From: Trichoplax adhaerens
Taxonomy: Eukaryota > Animalia > Placozoa
Assembly: GCF_000150275.1 (NCBI RefSeq)
Contig: NW_002060980.1
Coordinates: forward strand, 244,960-286,212
Direction of reading: 5' to 3'
Length of the DNA: 41,253 bases
Part shown: positions 14,601 through 25,987 of the stretch, in pieces
Layout: each line of letters starts with the position of its first letter
How positions within the stretch are numbered: the first letter of the stretch is position 1
Position numbers and translations under genes: made by a program
The notes under the pieces: model-generated
The model's input: the letters and a program-made list of their open reading frames with translations, nothing else
What the model was told of the DNA's origin: nothing
The model's database searches: none

Positions 14601-17600
14601 TCACTTTTGAATGATCGGAACATTGCAATACAAGCAATTATCTATTCAACTGTTGAAAGCAATCTAAATTAGAGCAGTCTGGATTCATGATCGATTTGGA
14701 TGATGAAAAGTAAAATGAGATTAGAGTAGAAGATGGAGAAACAATAGAGAGTCAAGCAATATTGGGCAAGATTGCATGGGTGCTATGGAAAGCGTTGGAT
14801 TCCACGCTTTGATACCATGAGTAAAAATGAGAGTTCCAATCCAATACTTCGTCAATTCAGGTCGGAAATGCGCTGTGTCCATTGCCGAGAGTGTCTATCG
14901 ATGCAATCTAAATTCTATTAGGATGATATGGAATGTCGTCCAAAATAGAGTACGTCGTCAAAAACTGAAAAGTTTCCTAGTAACAATGATCATAGCCATT
15001 TTATGGAGTTTATCACGTACACTTAGTGCTAGCTCACAGATACAAAATAACCATTTACCCTTCAAGGCTACCACGTCGTCTCGCTTACAATCATTTCAAA
15101 TTAGGCCTTCCGATATGAAAGTTTTTCGTGATCCTTCTGGCTATTCTGGTCTTTATGCTAGGCGATTCAAGGATAAAGAAAGAATAGCCCATGTCGATTT
15201 AAGTTCCATGCCCATCAAATCGCACTATCTTATTATGCTACTGCGTGAATTTCGCAAATTTAATATTACTGGCATTGTACTGGAATATGGCAACACTTTC
15301 CCTTATTATGGACGCTTACAATCGATTGTATCACCCTATGCCTATACCACGGCCGATATCCTCGCTATTACTGAAGCATGCCATCAATATCAACTCAAGG
15401 TTATTGTAATGCTACCCATGTTAGGCTCTTTTGATTACGTCTTAAAGAATGATCGCTTTCGACAATATCGCATGAATGGCGAGGATACTCGTAGTTTATG
15501 CATATGTTATCCACCATCATTGGCACTTGCTGAAGAGATCATTAAACAAATGCTCGATTTACATCGTCATAGCAATTATATTCATGTAGGAGGAATTGGA
15601 GGAAGTGACATAACAACATGCCGCTATTGTTCCAAGGATGAAATGAAATCTTCCATTTATGCTTCCTTCTTAAGTCCATTATTACATCGTTTAAAAGAGT
15701 ATCGTTCACCCATTCAGATCATGTTGTGGGATGATGCACTACGTTCTTGGCCAACTGACCAACTTAGCCATATAGCAAAATGGGTTATACCTGTTGTTGG
15801 AGGTTTCTATCCTAATATCGAAGATCTAATTGATCCATTAACCTGGCAAAAATATGCTCAAGCTTTCCCTTCTGTTTGGATTGGTGGCACTTACAAAAGT
15901 ATGCCCGATTGCTCAAATGATACTATTGTTGGCGTCGATCATATTAGCAATACGATATCTTGGATGCGAGTTGCTGGCAATCATTACCACCAAGTCAACT
16001 TTCAAGGGATCATTTTAGTCGGTCCAGCTTTTTCCACTACTACTGATCGCATATGTGAACTTTTGCCACATTGTGCACCTACGCTAGCCGTCTTAATGTG
16101 GGTCATGATTAGTGGAGGTTATAACATTGATCATAATCGTGATGTTTCATTATGCGTTACAAAATGTACTGATGCCATTAATATCGAAATCAAACCTGAT
16201 TACGCAGTTGAAAGTTGCGATTATCATGGTGGTTCTATCAATCGATTAGTAACACAGTTGCAAATATTAAATTTAAAGGTGAATCAATTTCGTAAGCTCT
16301 ATCAAAATGACACAATTCTACTCAACGCAAAGAAGGATCCACTCTATGCTTCTTTAGCTAAAGATAATGCTCGACAATTATCAACTATGATCAAATCTTT
16401 AAAAGATAATGCTCTCATACTATTAAGCGATGCATACCGTCAAAATGATATTGAGCGATGGATAGCACAAGCAATTCAACCATTATATGATGATATAAAC
16501 AGCATGCAAAAACGGTTAACGTGAACAACAACTCATTTTTATCAAAATGACAACCTTCATGTAGTTGCCATATCGATGCTTGTATACTAACGTGGACGTT
16601 TAAAATGTTGTTATCATCGACCCAATTTCGAAATCTACTTTTCACCAATGGCGACATTAGGCTCAATTCACAAAATAGCCATCAAGCTGATAATAAGATT
16701 TGACTGAATCACTGTCTATGTACATTTACAATTATTAGATATTGTCGTTTCTTTTTTGTTTTGCTTGTAAATTATCAACTGGGGCATCGCCAACTGAAAC
16801 TAGAATATCAAGTAATCATCACTAATTGTACAATTAAACGCTAATAAAGAGCAATTCAAAGCGTATATAGATATCGTATACGAATTTCTATATTTGTACG
16901 CCTACATTATCAAGAATGAATAAGATCAATTTCAATTATGACTATTGATAACATTGATCAAACATCAGTCACAATGGCTACTGAATTCTTGAACAGTAAT
17001 TGCCGATATTGGTTTGGTAATAGATAATTTTTACTGCTATTTAAACAATTTGCTGAATCTAATCGCTTTCTCATTATCAACACAATAAAACTAGTTAATT
17101 ATATCCCCAAAATTGGCGCAGTTCTTAATGCAGATCAAAGTTGTAAAGCTTGAGCACATCAAATTCGGATAGTGATTGATTGATAATTAATTAATTCCAG
17201 TTTTATCTGTAGAAATGTTAATGTACAAAAGTTGTACTTAGGTACATCGTAACTAAGGTTGGGTCGGTTCACCTAAATTTGACAATTTTTTATTATGATA
17301 CATTGTTATCATCGTTTTCGTTTGGCTACTACTGTATTCATTTTTTCCATTCAAGCGGCAGAGAATAAATTAACTACTCTCGATAAAAACTAAATTAGGT
17401 ATCAATTTTCATTATTCCTACTGTTGGCAATATTCAGCTAAGATTGGCTTTTTTCTTCGCTACCCATTAATTGTTTCATTGTTAACAATGAATCAAAATG
17501 CCTTAGTATTACTACCAAATAAATCGTTTCGGGGCTATAACTGCACTGCACTATTAGATTTACAAATAAGATTTTAAATTACATCATGTTAACACCCGAC

Positions 17601-20600
17601 CGGCTGCTACGACTTTTTAGACTCAATGATTAAATCAAGCGCCTTGAGAACACGACAACTTACGTATCGATTCTAATTCTTAGAGAAAACGCAAACAACC
17701 AATTTAAAGATCTTTAAGAATAATACAAGATGTATGTATACTCGGAAAGGCTTCTCTTTTTTGACTTTACCTTCTGCACTTTAATAAAAAATTACCGTTA
17801 CTACGGAGTTGACGAGATATTGCAACTGTCTAACGTTTAAAGTGATGTTGTAGCCTTGTAACATAACCCTAACATTGAATGAACGTGATACTATCACATA
17901 TAGTATAGCCTAAAATGGAGTAATATAAATGAAGTAAAAAGACACCATTTCATAATTGACTTTACCTTAAAAAGCAATTTTTGAGTCGTTGATTTTGATC
18001 ATTGTCAATCGTAATTAAGGTTTTACGCGTTGTAATTTAATGAAATACTAGCTCATCTCGCACTTAATGAAATACCAATCACTAAATGATGCTAAAAAGG
18101 GTAAAATACGAAAGGATTAAAAGAGTAGGAAGAAGTATTAAAGTAAAGTAAAGCGTTGTGCTATCCGCACATCGAAAATCTATCAGAGTACCTTGCAATT
18201 TGTAGATATTATGATTTTATAGAACAGGATTATTGACTGCATTTGCAAGTAACACCGATAGCCCGGCCCTACCCTGTCTTATATCTAAAAATCCGATAAT
18301 GTCTTAATAGAACATTAAGAAAAGCAAGTTAGCTCTGCAACAATCCAGATAACTTTTAAATTATATGCTACTCTTGTTCTACATGACATAGGCTTTAATT
18401 GTAATGCTTTTGTACTATACGAAATTACTTACGTTTAATGAGAATTTAAAAATAGATTACTTAAAAGGATTCAACTTAACAGGGATAGGTTGTATCGATT
18501 TAACTTATTTAGACATGAATTTACGAGATAAGTTAAAAGAATTCAACGAAATTGTCTAGCGAAATGAATACTTAAAAAACTATAAAATAAAAAGTTTACA
18601 AAAATTTTTGTACTGATGAGATCGAGAATCTGATCGGATCATGAAAAAGTATGAGTATTAATGAAATATTTTTATGCCCTGTTTATTAATTTTAACAGAA
18701 TGAGATGTTCAAAGATCTTCTATTACGTTTATCAAGTTTTCAATACACACAAATTTATCTTTCTTAATTATTGAATTGTGTTGTTGAATGCATCTGAGAA
18801 CAATTCACGATAGACAACTGCAGTTACTATTTCTTCCGTGTTAATTCTTTGAATTAGGTAGTAATCCAATCTTTGGTGAATACAAAATCGCATTATTAGA
18901 GCCCAATCCAGTTAAGACAATGGCAATCCAAGCCGACTTTAGTAACCGTGTTAGTGCAATTATTCCAGGATCTATCAATGTTCTTGATGGTAAATTGAAA
19001 ATATATCCAATTGTAATAAAACACAGCATAGCGTTCTTCATTTTAATGTAAATCTTTTCCAATTATTGTAATTTTTCGGCAGACATTGGAGTATGGCCAT
19101 ACATCAGTGAGTTGCGAGCTAAATTATTTCAGTCCATGCAGGTATAGAGCAATTGATGAAATTATTGCAACTTTTTGATTACTTACGCTGCTATGCTATA
19201 TGCGTATTTAGCTGTACGTTGTGCTGAAAGTAATATTACGTCATTCAGTCACAGTTATTTCTTTATAAATTTCAACAGTTTAGATACTACTTTTAACGGC
19301 AGATGGTAATAATAATAACGAAGATTATACAAGAAACTAAAATTAATTCATGCTTTATTCATTCTTTTATCATAACATTGATTCAGTGAAAGCGTAGCTT
19401 TATCTATACTCCTATCGTTTAAGGTATGGGATGCCGCAAGTGACCACAGTTTTTTATTACTGGATTCAAAATTTACTGATGAAAAGATGGGCTACGTCGT
19501 CGAAAATGATGTCATTATGTTAGCTTTGATGAAGCGGTTGAAATTACTAGATTCTAATGTCGAAATCCTTCACTGCAAAGTTGACGACATCAGCTTACAG
19601 ATTAGTAATGGTGATATAGGCAACGTGTCAATAAAGCTCGATAACGATGATCTAATCGAAACCAGATTATTGGTAGCAATTACATACTAGTTTAGGAATT
19701 CATATTGAAATTAATTCATAAGTTAAAACACATTTAAAACCTATGCTAACATTTTTTATTTAAAATCAATGAACAAGATCGGTGCCGATGGACCTCAATC
19801 ATCTATACGCACTGCTGCTAATATTAAACATATTTCATTGCCATATAATCAACTTGCAATTGTGGCAACTTTACAACTAGAGAATGTATGAACTGCATAA
19901 AATTCTATTAAATCGATATATAGAAATTTAAAACAATGTAATCTTGTGTGACTGTTTTCAAATTTTTATTTGTAAAGCAAAACGAGAATGTCGTGGCGTG
20001 GCAACGGTTTTTACCAGACGGTCCCATAGCATTATTGCCCGTACTGAATCATTATTATACTTTCAATTTATTTTGAGCTTACATGGTCGATAATTTACTG
20101 ATGATTTCTACCTTGTAGCTCTCTAATTCTAGGAGCTCCTTGGTATGGACAACTAACCCAAAACATGGAAAAATGTTACTAGAAATGTCAAATGAAGAAT
20201 TTATAGATTCTGTAAATAATGCTTTCGTAAGTTACAAAACAACGTTGAATTGTATCGAAATGCATATTTCCTAAGTTGAAAACGGGTATTACAAGTACTA
20301 GTTGATTTCACTACAGATTCATTTGTACTACTTGCAGGTAAATAATGACCATGTGATTCCTAACATCAACAGAATTAGCTCTACAATAAATCGTGGGCTT
20401 AATAGCATACCAAGCGGTAACATATATTCATAAGTGTAGTTCAATTGTCATAATAAGAATTCCGGTATAGTCGTTAAAGCAATAAATTTTAAGAAATCTG
20501 TAAGAAATTCAACTAACACAATATATATCATATTCATATAGGAAACTTTAAAGAAGCTCCTCAAAGTCCTCCAACTGTTGCTGGTATCGATAATAATAGT

Positions 20601-21647
20601 CGTGGCGGCTTTCCTTTATCACTGGGCCATGCAACCAATTACGTTATGAACAGACTTGCGCTAATAGGGTAAGTTATTTAATCAATTTTTTTAATTAAAT
20701 TTCAAATTCTTGTAGTGGTGGCTTAATATCATTTCAAAAGGCTAAATAATATTAATATATTAGTCACAATTTCATAGATTAAATATCGTGTCGCCTGTCT
20801 AGTTGTAATCGCAGATTCTGCTTGATATGTATGATGTTGTAAGACCTTTATCAAATGCTGGCTTCTAATTGTAGAGATGCAGCTCATCGAGTTCATCCAT
20901 TAGCTGGCCAAGGGGTTAATTTAGGTTTTAAAGATGTTGAAGTGTTATCGAAAGTTTTAGCTGAAGCTGTTACAGAAGGCAATGATATCGGTATATTATG
21001 ATACAGGAAATTATGCTATGCGTTATTCTTTATGAAAGTGTTTCCTTTTATAATAATTTATGTAATTATATCTACTTTAGGTGCATTACCTCATCTACTT
21101 AAATATGAAAGCACAAGGCAGTTACAGGTTCTACCAATCATGGCAACGATAGATAACCTGAACAGACTTTTTTCCAATAAAAATGCATCACTTGCTTTGG
21201 CTAGAGGAATAGGCTTTCAATTTCTAAATTATCTTACACCTTTGAAGGTAATATGTCACGTAATTCCATTATACTAATTGTGCTTGATATTTTAATGATC
21301 GCCTTCAGAAAGTTCTCAAATAGTTTGTAAATCATTAGCACAGATTAAGTTTAAGATCTAATATGATCACTAATACAGTATTTGAGGTAATCATGTACAC
21401 ATACTGTATTGCGAAAAAGTAGCATACGAATTTTTGGAGGCATGTAAGTTAAAAAATGATCTTACTATTATCCTTGCATATTAGAGTCAAACTAGTAGAT
21501 TACTCTATTTTTAACCAGCACTATAATAATGCTAATATTATCATTACTTATGAGATTACTTTCTTAATTGTTAACTACATTATAAAAATCTAAAAAAATT
21601 TTATTTCTTTATTGTAGACACAATTAGTAAAATTGGCTATGGGTTGA
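11601..21647 (+). CDS. COQ6: Ubiquinone biosynthesis monooxygenase COQ6, mitochondrial, 12 exons
   Basis: Exons: 11601-11760, 18858-18989, 19083-19141, 19424-19672, 19778-19885, 19978-20040, 20119-20226, 20338-20416, 20542-20668, 20875-20990, 21081-21247, 21618-21647. Arg-rich presequence [18 protein letters not shown]; FAD motif [15 protein letters not shown]; FSNRVSAI; MQVWD; MGYVVEN; IGADG; [15 protein letters not shown]; FPLSLGHA; [23 protein letters not shown]. Confidence 0.93.
14044..14265. repeat. Two diverged ~75-bp direct repeats (TCACCCATGG.TCAAG.AGTC.GT.GCGTAG...ACTGTATTTTTGC)
   Basis: Copies at ~14044-14125 and ~14186-14265, upstream of the nested gene. Confidence 0.7.
14827..16524 (+). 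CDS. Intronless hexosaminidase D (HEXD/HEXDC)-like GH20 protein, probably catalytically inactive, predicted type II membrane; nested in COQ6 intron 1
   Basis: 565-aa uninterrupted ORF; the true start may be the Met of MIWNVVQ. HEXD-like blocks: [73 protein letters not shown] basic stretch is followed by the hydrophobic segment [13 protein letters not shown]. Confidence 0.8.
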   Translation: MRVPIQYFVNSGRKCAVSIAESVYRCNLNSIRMIWNVVQNRVRRQKLKSFLVTMIIAILWSLSRTLSASSQIQNNHLPFKATTSSRLQSFQIRPSDMKVFRDPSGYSGLYARRFKDKERIAHVDLSSMPIKSHYLIMLLREFRKFNITGIVLEYGNTFPYYGRLQSIVSPYAYTTADILAITEACHQYQLKVIVMLPMLGSFDYVLKNDRFRQYRMNGEDTRSLCICYPPSLALAEEIIKQMLDLHRHSNYIHVGGIGGSDITTCRYCSKDEMKSSIYASFLSPLLHRLKEYRSPIQIMLWDDALRSWPTDQLSHIAKWVIPVVGGFYPNIEDLIDPLTWQKYAQAFPSVWIGGTYKSMPDCSNDTIVGVDHISNTISWMRVAGNHYHQVNFQGIILVGPAFSTTTDRICELLPHCAPTLAVLMWVMISGGYNIDHNRDVSLCVTKCTDAINIEIKPDYAVESCDYHGGSINRLVTQLQILNLKVNQFRKLYQNDTILLNAKKDPLYASLAKDNARQLSTMIKSLKDNALILLSDAYRQNDIERWIAQAIQPLYDDINSMQKRLT

Positions 21648-24600
21648 ACTCACTGGGAGCATGTTTACTTGTAAAGCTATCATCTTCATTTATCATGTCT
21701 GAAAAATATCTGTACATGGATGGACAATGAATATAAAAGTTTTTTATTTACAATATATAAAAATTTCTAGACATCTATTTTACTGTGCTTATGATATCAA
21801 ATAAGAAACGTTCAACTCTGCTACTAAACATAATGCGTTTATATTTCCTATACAATTTATTGCCGATGGAAGCTCCTTAAAATTATCGATAGCGTACTAT
21901 TTGATATTAAATGATTTATAAAGAAAGCATTGACATTATCAATGACTTCAACCTTGTTCACTCTTTAGCGTAGACAAATTTTAGTTTTAGTTCGCGTCAT
22001 GGCCATTATCAAATATTCATATGCCAATAAATTTTGTGGGTTAAAGTCGATTTGGGCTCGCAATTAAGATATTACTATGAGTTCTTTAATAACCATTAAA
22101 GAGATCCTATCAATGCACTGTAAAATTTTAGCGCTCGTAAACGATTGTCCAAGGCAACTTACTCTATTTACTCTAGTTATTCGCTAACTATATACAATGG
22201 TAAATATAAAGTTCTCGATATGAAAGTTACGTATAGTATGCTTTTGCTAACATTTTGAGACATCGCTGTAGACACTGGTCGATGGCAACTTAGTAAGAAG
22301 CGATAGCTAACTGATATGAAGTTATATCTATGATAATACAAATAAAGACCTAAATTTCTTAAATCAGTGGCGATCTTACAGATATTTCACTACCACTATC
22401 ACACTATTTTGTGCTATGTTTTATAGCAAAATCTTAAGATTTCTGCAGGTTATTAGTTCTATTTCTGCAATAAAAGTAAAAAATTTGATATTCATATACG
22501 GTCATGTCGCTTGATAACATGATTTCGATCTAACCCAATAAACAATGTTTGTGATCGATTGCCTCTAATTAACCGGCAAGCAATGCACTAAAATTGTACG
22601 GGTGTTGAACAATTAATAATAAGCAAAGTGAAACTCGATCATAAAGTAGATTTTTTATATCTAATAATAACTAAGAAATGATTTTACCATAAATTTTCTC
22701 CATATCGGTCGTAAATATAAGATTAAAATAATATTCTATTATCTTGATGACATCTCATAGAAAGTTGACACTGTAAATTTAAGACCTAGCAGTATGTAGA
22801 TGAAGTAGTTAGGTACATTAACCAAAAATATCATGATCGAATTATGACTCCATTCGTTACCGTAGAATCTTTGCCCTTCTCAATTAATAAGCATGAATTT
22901 CTTTCCGGACAGTATTTAACCTTTATGTTTGATCTATTGTATGTAGTCTACAATTGCATAGTTAACATTCAATACGACAAAAATACGTATACCGAACAAC
23001 GGTTTCAGTAATTATTAAAACAAGGCTGTAAACAATCAACTAAATTATCAGAGGATACAACACATTACATTGAAGATAATACTCCTCAATAATGGAAGTC
23101 AGAATAGCCAAAAGCTTAGATCTTCACTTACCTTCTATTTTATCATCTATGGCTTTCTATCAGACCTTAAGCATTACCAACATTGATACGCAAACTGATT
23201 GCGTTCTGAAGATGGAAGATAATGAAATTGCAGATCGATTAAACAAGTCCATAGTATGTCAGCTTCTATTTAATAGTTTATTTATTTCCGCATGAAACTC
23301 ATCATACGGTCCATGATTTATGCTTATCATGTTTACATACTAATTCAACTGTAATAGATTTAATCGTATTACAAATTATACTCAGTCATTAATACAGGAT
23401 TAAGTATCATCCGCGCAAGGTTCTTAACTCTAGTAACTATTATGTATCCAGCTGAAGTACAGTTTTCAAGAACATAGAATTAGGCCAACAAAATAATCTC
23501 CACTTTATTCAGTGCTAGCTTCTTGTATAGTTTTCGGATCGGATTCGGATTTTATGTAGCGCTTTCAATCGGATTAAATGTTTAGTCGTAGTGGGGTTAC
23601 AATACACTACTGTACCGTACAGTCGAAGTAATACAGTACCGTGCCGTACTGAACCTGGTAACCCATCACCATACAGTATATTGGTATACAAGTTACTGTT
23701 ACGTTGCTATTTCTTACATCACATCCCTCATCATGTGCGTTATAATATCTCCTAATAACATCTTATCTTTAACAGTATCCCTACACATAACAGTAACATT
23801 GTTTACAAACGAGTACAATTTCCTAATGGACATATGTTTTTGAGAGAAAATACCAGTAATATGACGCAATCATAAGTAAAATAGGGTTAAGCAGAAAATT
23901 CTGTCGTTGAATGGCGTTTTGAATACTACGCTATATCTGCTGATTCAGGGCAGTAGTTCAAATGTACCGTATCAATTAATAGCAACGAGATGAGATAACA
24001 ATTAATGATATCATTGCAATTCAGTTTTATTCCTTAACTCTAACGTACGTACCTGATAAAGGTTTTGGAAATTATTCTATATTATGAGAGGTAGAATTTG
24101 GATAGCATCATGTCTGACAAAAATTAGTAACAGACTGTTAAAATGCTGTTTATCAGAATGATACGTGAAAAATTGATGTGTGATTACAAGTTAACTGCAA
24201 GCACTATAGAGTATCCATATTTGTAGTGGGTTGGTCATTCAGCTATCGTATTACGAAGTACCGTTGATAGCATTTCATGACATATATAATAACATTTGCG
24301 CTGTATAGTGCAAAACATGTATCACTTAATGTTCAAAAGCTGCAAATTTTTGCTCGTAAAATAAGATTGTATAACATAATACATGATGTTAATATTGCAA
24401 AAAAATAACTGCTACTTGTAGCATCGAGCTCTATAGCTGCACTTTACAGACTTTTTAATTATCATTTATGAATTACTAATTAAGCAACGTTATAATCATC
24501 CCATTATAGTCTATGTATACTTGATAGCCTAGAGCTAATTTAAACGTAAACTGGCATTAATTATATATAATTAGAATCTGAGTACAATGTTATGATATTA

Positions 24601-25328
24601 TATATATATATACAGTACACCGTGGTTATCACATCCCATTTTTCATGAGCTGACCTTCTTAATCTTACTGGTTCTTTTCTTCTAAGAAGAATAAAACGGA
24701 TTAATTGCCTCAGGTGATTAATATTTGATAATCCTTTATACTACGCAAATCAGCTAGCTAGCGGGAGCAGCTTTTGCCAGTTACAACTATACTACACAAC
24801 CGCCATAACGTGACTAATTAATCACCTGCATCAACAATAGAAGTGCCAAGTTGAACAAAATTAAATTATATCAATAGCTGTTATATGGTACTCGTATTGT
24901 TGTGATAATTACAAATTGAATTGGCAGAGCGTAAGTAAATACAGCATCGACCGGTTTAACTTGTTGTCATTGTTATTATTCTACCGGAAATGGTTAATGT
25001 TCATCATAATTTTTAATTTAGCCAGTCTCCGTATTTTATTTCTATTCATTGCTCACTATGTCTACTTGAAGTTCTATTAAAAAAAAGTGGAGAATACCAA
25101 GACCAGCTATAGCAAGGGCTCACGTTTACTAATAAATACTTTTGAATCAATTTGTGCATACTACTGTAATATAAAATTGTACAGCTCGCTTTTAATTCAA
25201 CCATTGAGGTTATTTCAACATTGCTAACAGTTCTTAAATCCCCATAATAAGCTTTATTTAGAATTTACCCGTGCTATCACACGGTCTAGGATAATTTACC
25301 GCTGTACGATGTACATAGTGCAGTAGTA

Positions 25329-25515
25329 GTATAGGATGGAAACAATATCAATATAGATTTGATATTACAAGGATGAATTGAATACATTGCAGCACTCAAT
25401 CTTATACAGCATAAAATTAATCGAATGAAGTAAAAATCTGTTTTGATATTACGAGGGCGAATTGAATACTTTACAGCGTAAAATTGATTTAATGCGGTAG
25501 ATTATCCGGTTTCGG
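25329..25515 (+). repeat. ~190-bp dispersed repeat, copy A
   Basis: GTATAGGATGGAAACAATATCAATATAGATTTGATATT...ATTATCCGGTTTCGG matches 40226..40419 in the same orientation. Confidence 0.85.
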
Positions 25516-25987
25516 CTATCACAGTCATAGTACGAAGAGTGATAAAAATTGCAAATAATAAAAATTAACTATTATAACTCTATAAAAGGCATACTGAATT
25601 AATCGTTATCCTATACTTAATTTAAAACTAATCTATTTTAATTGTACCTTCAATCCATTCACTTCAACTGTTACAGCGCTACATTCCTTCGAATTCATCA
25701 ACAACTGCTTTTCGACACAATTTCCATAAAGCAATAATTAACAAATGCATATGTTCAACAAAGTGGAAGGTGAATAGATTCTTTAGGGCCTGTGTTAAAT
25801 ATATCCTAGTAAAACTAATTCTAGTGCTGTAGACAGCTAGTTAATATGAAGAGTGCATTTTATTCCGATGGTTACAATTATCCACTTTCTATCGCATGTT
25901 AATAGGAAATAGTAGTAATAGCTATCCCTACGATAATGCTAAAGGCAAAATGATTGGATAATGCCAATCCATTATCGATTTTTTTCA

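Noticed and set aside
14827-16524. Bacterial horizontal transfer as the origin of the intronless gene
   Set aside because: The motifs (CELLP, FQGIIL, KYAQAFP.VW) and type II anchor resemble animal HEXD-family proteins; retroposition is simpler, though a tree is needed to exclude transfer.
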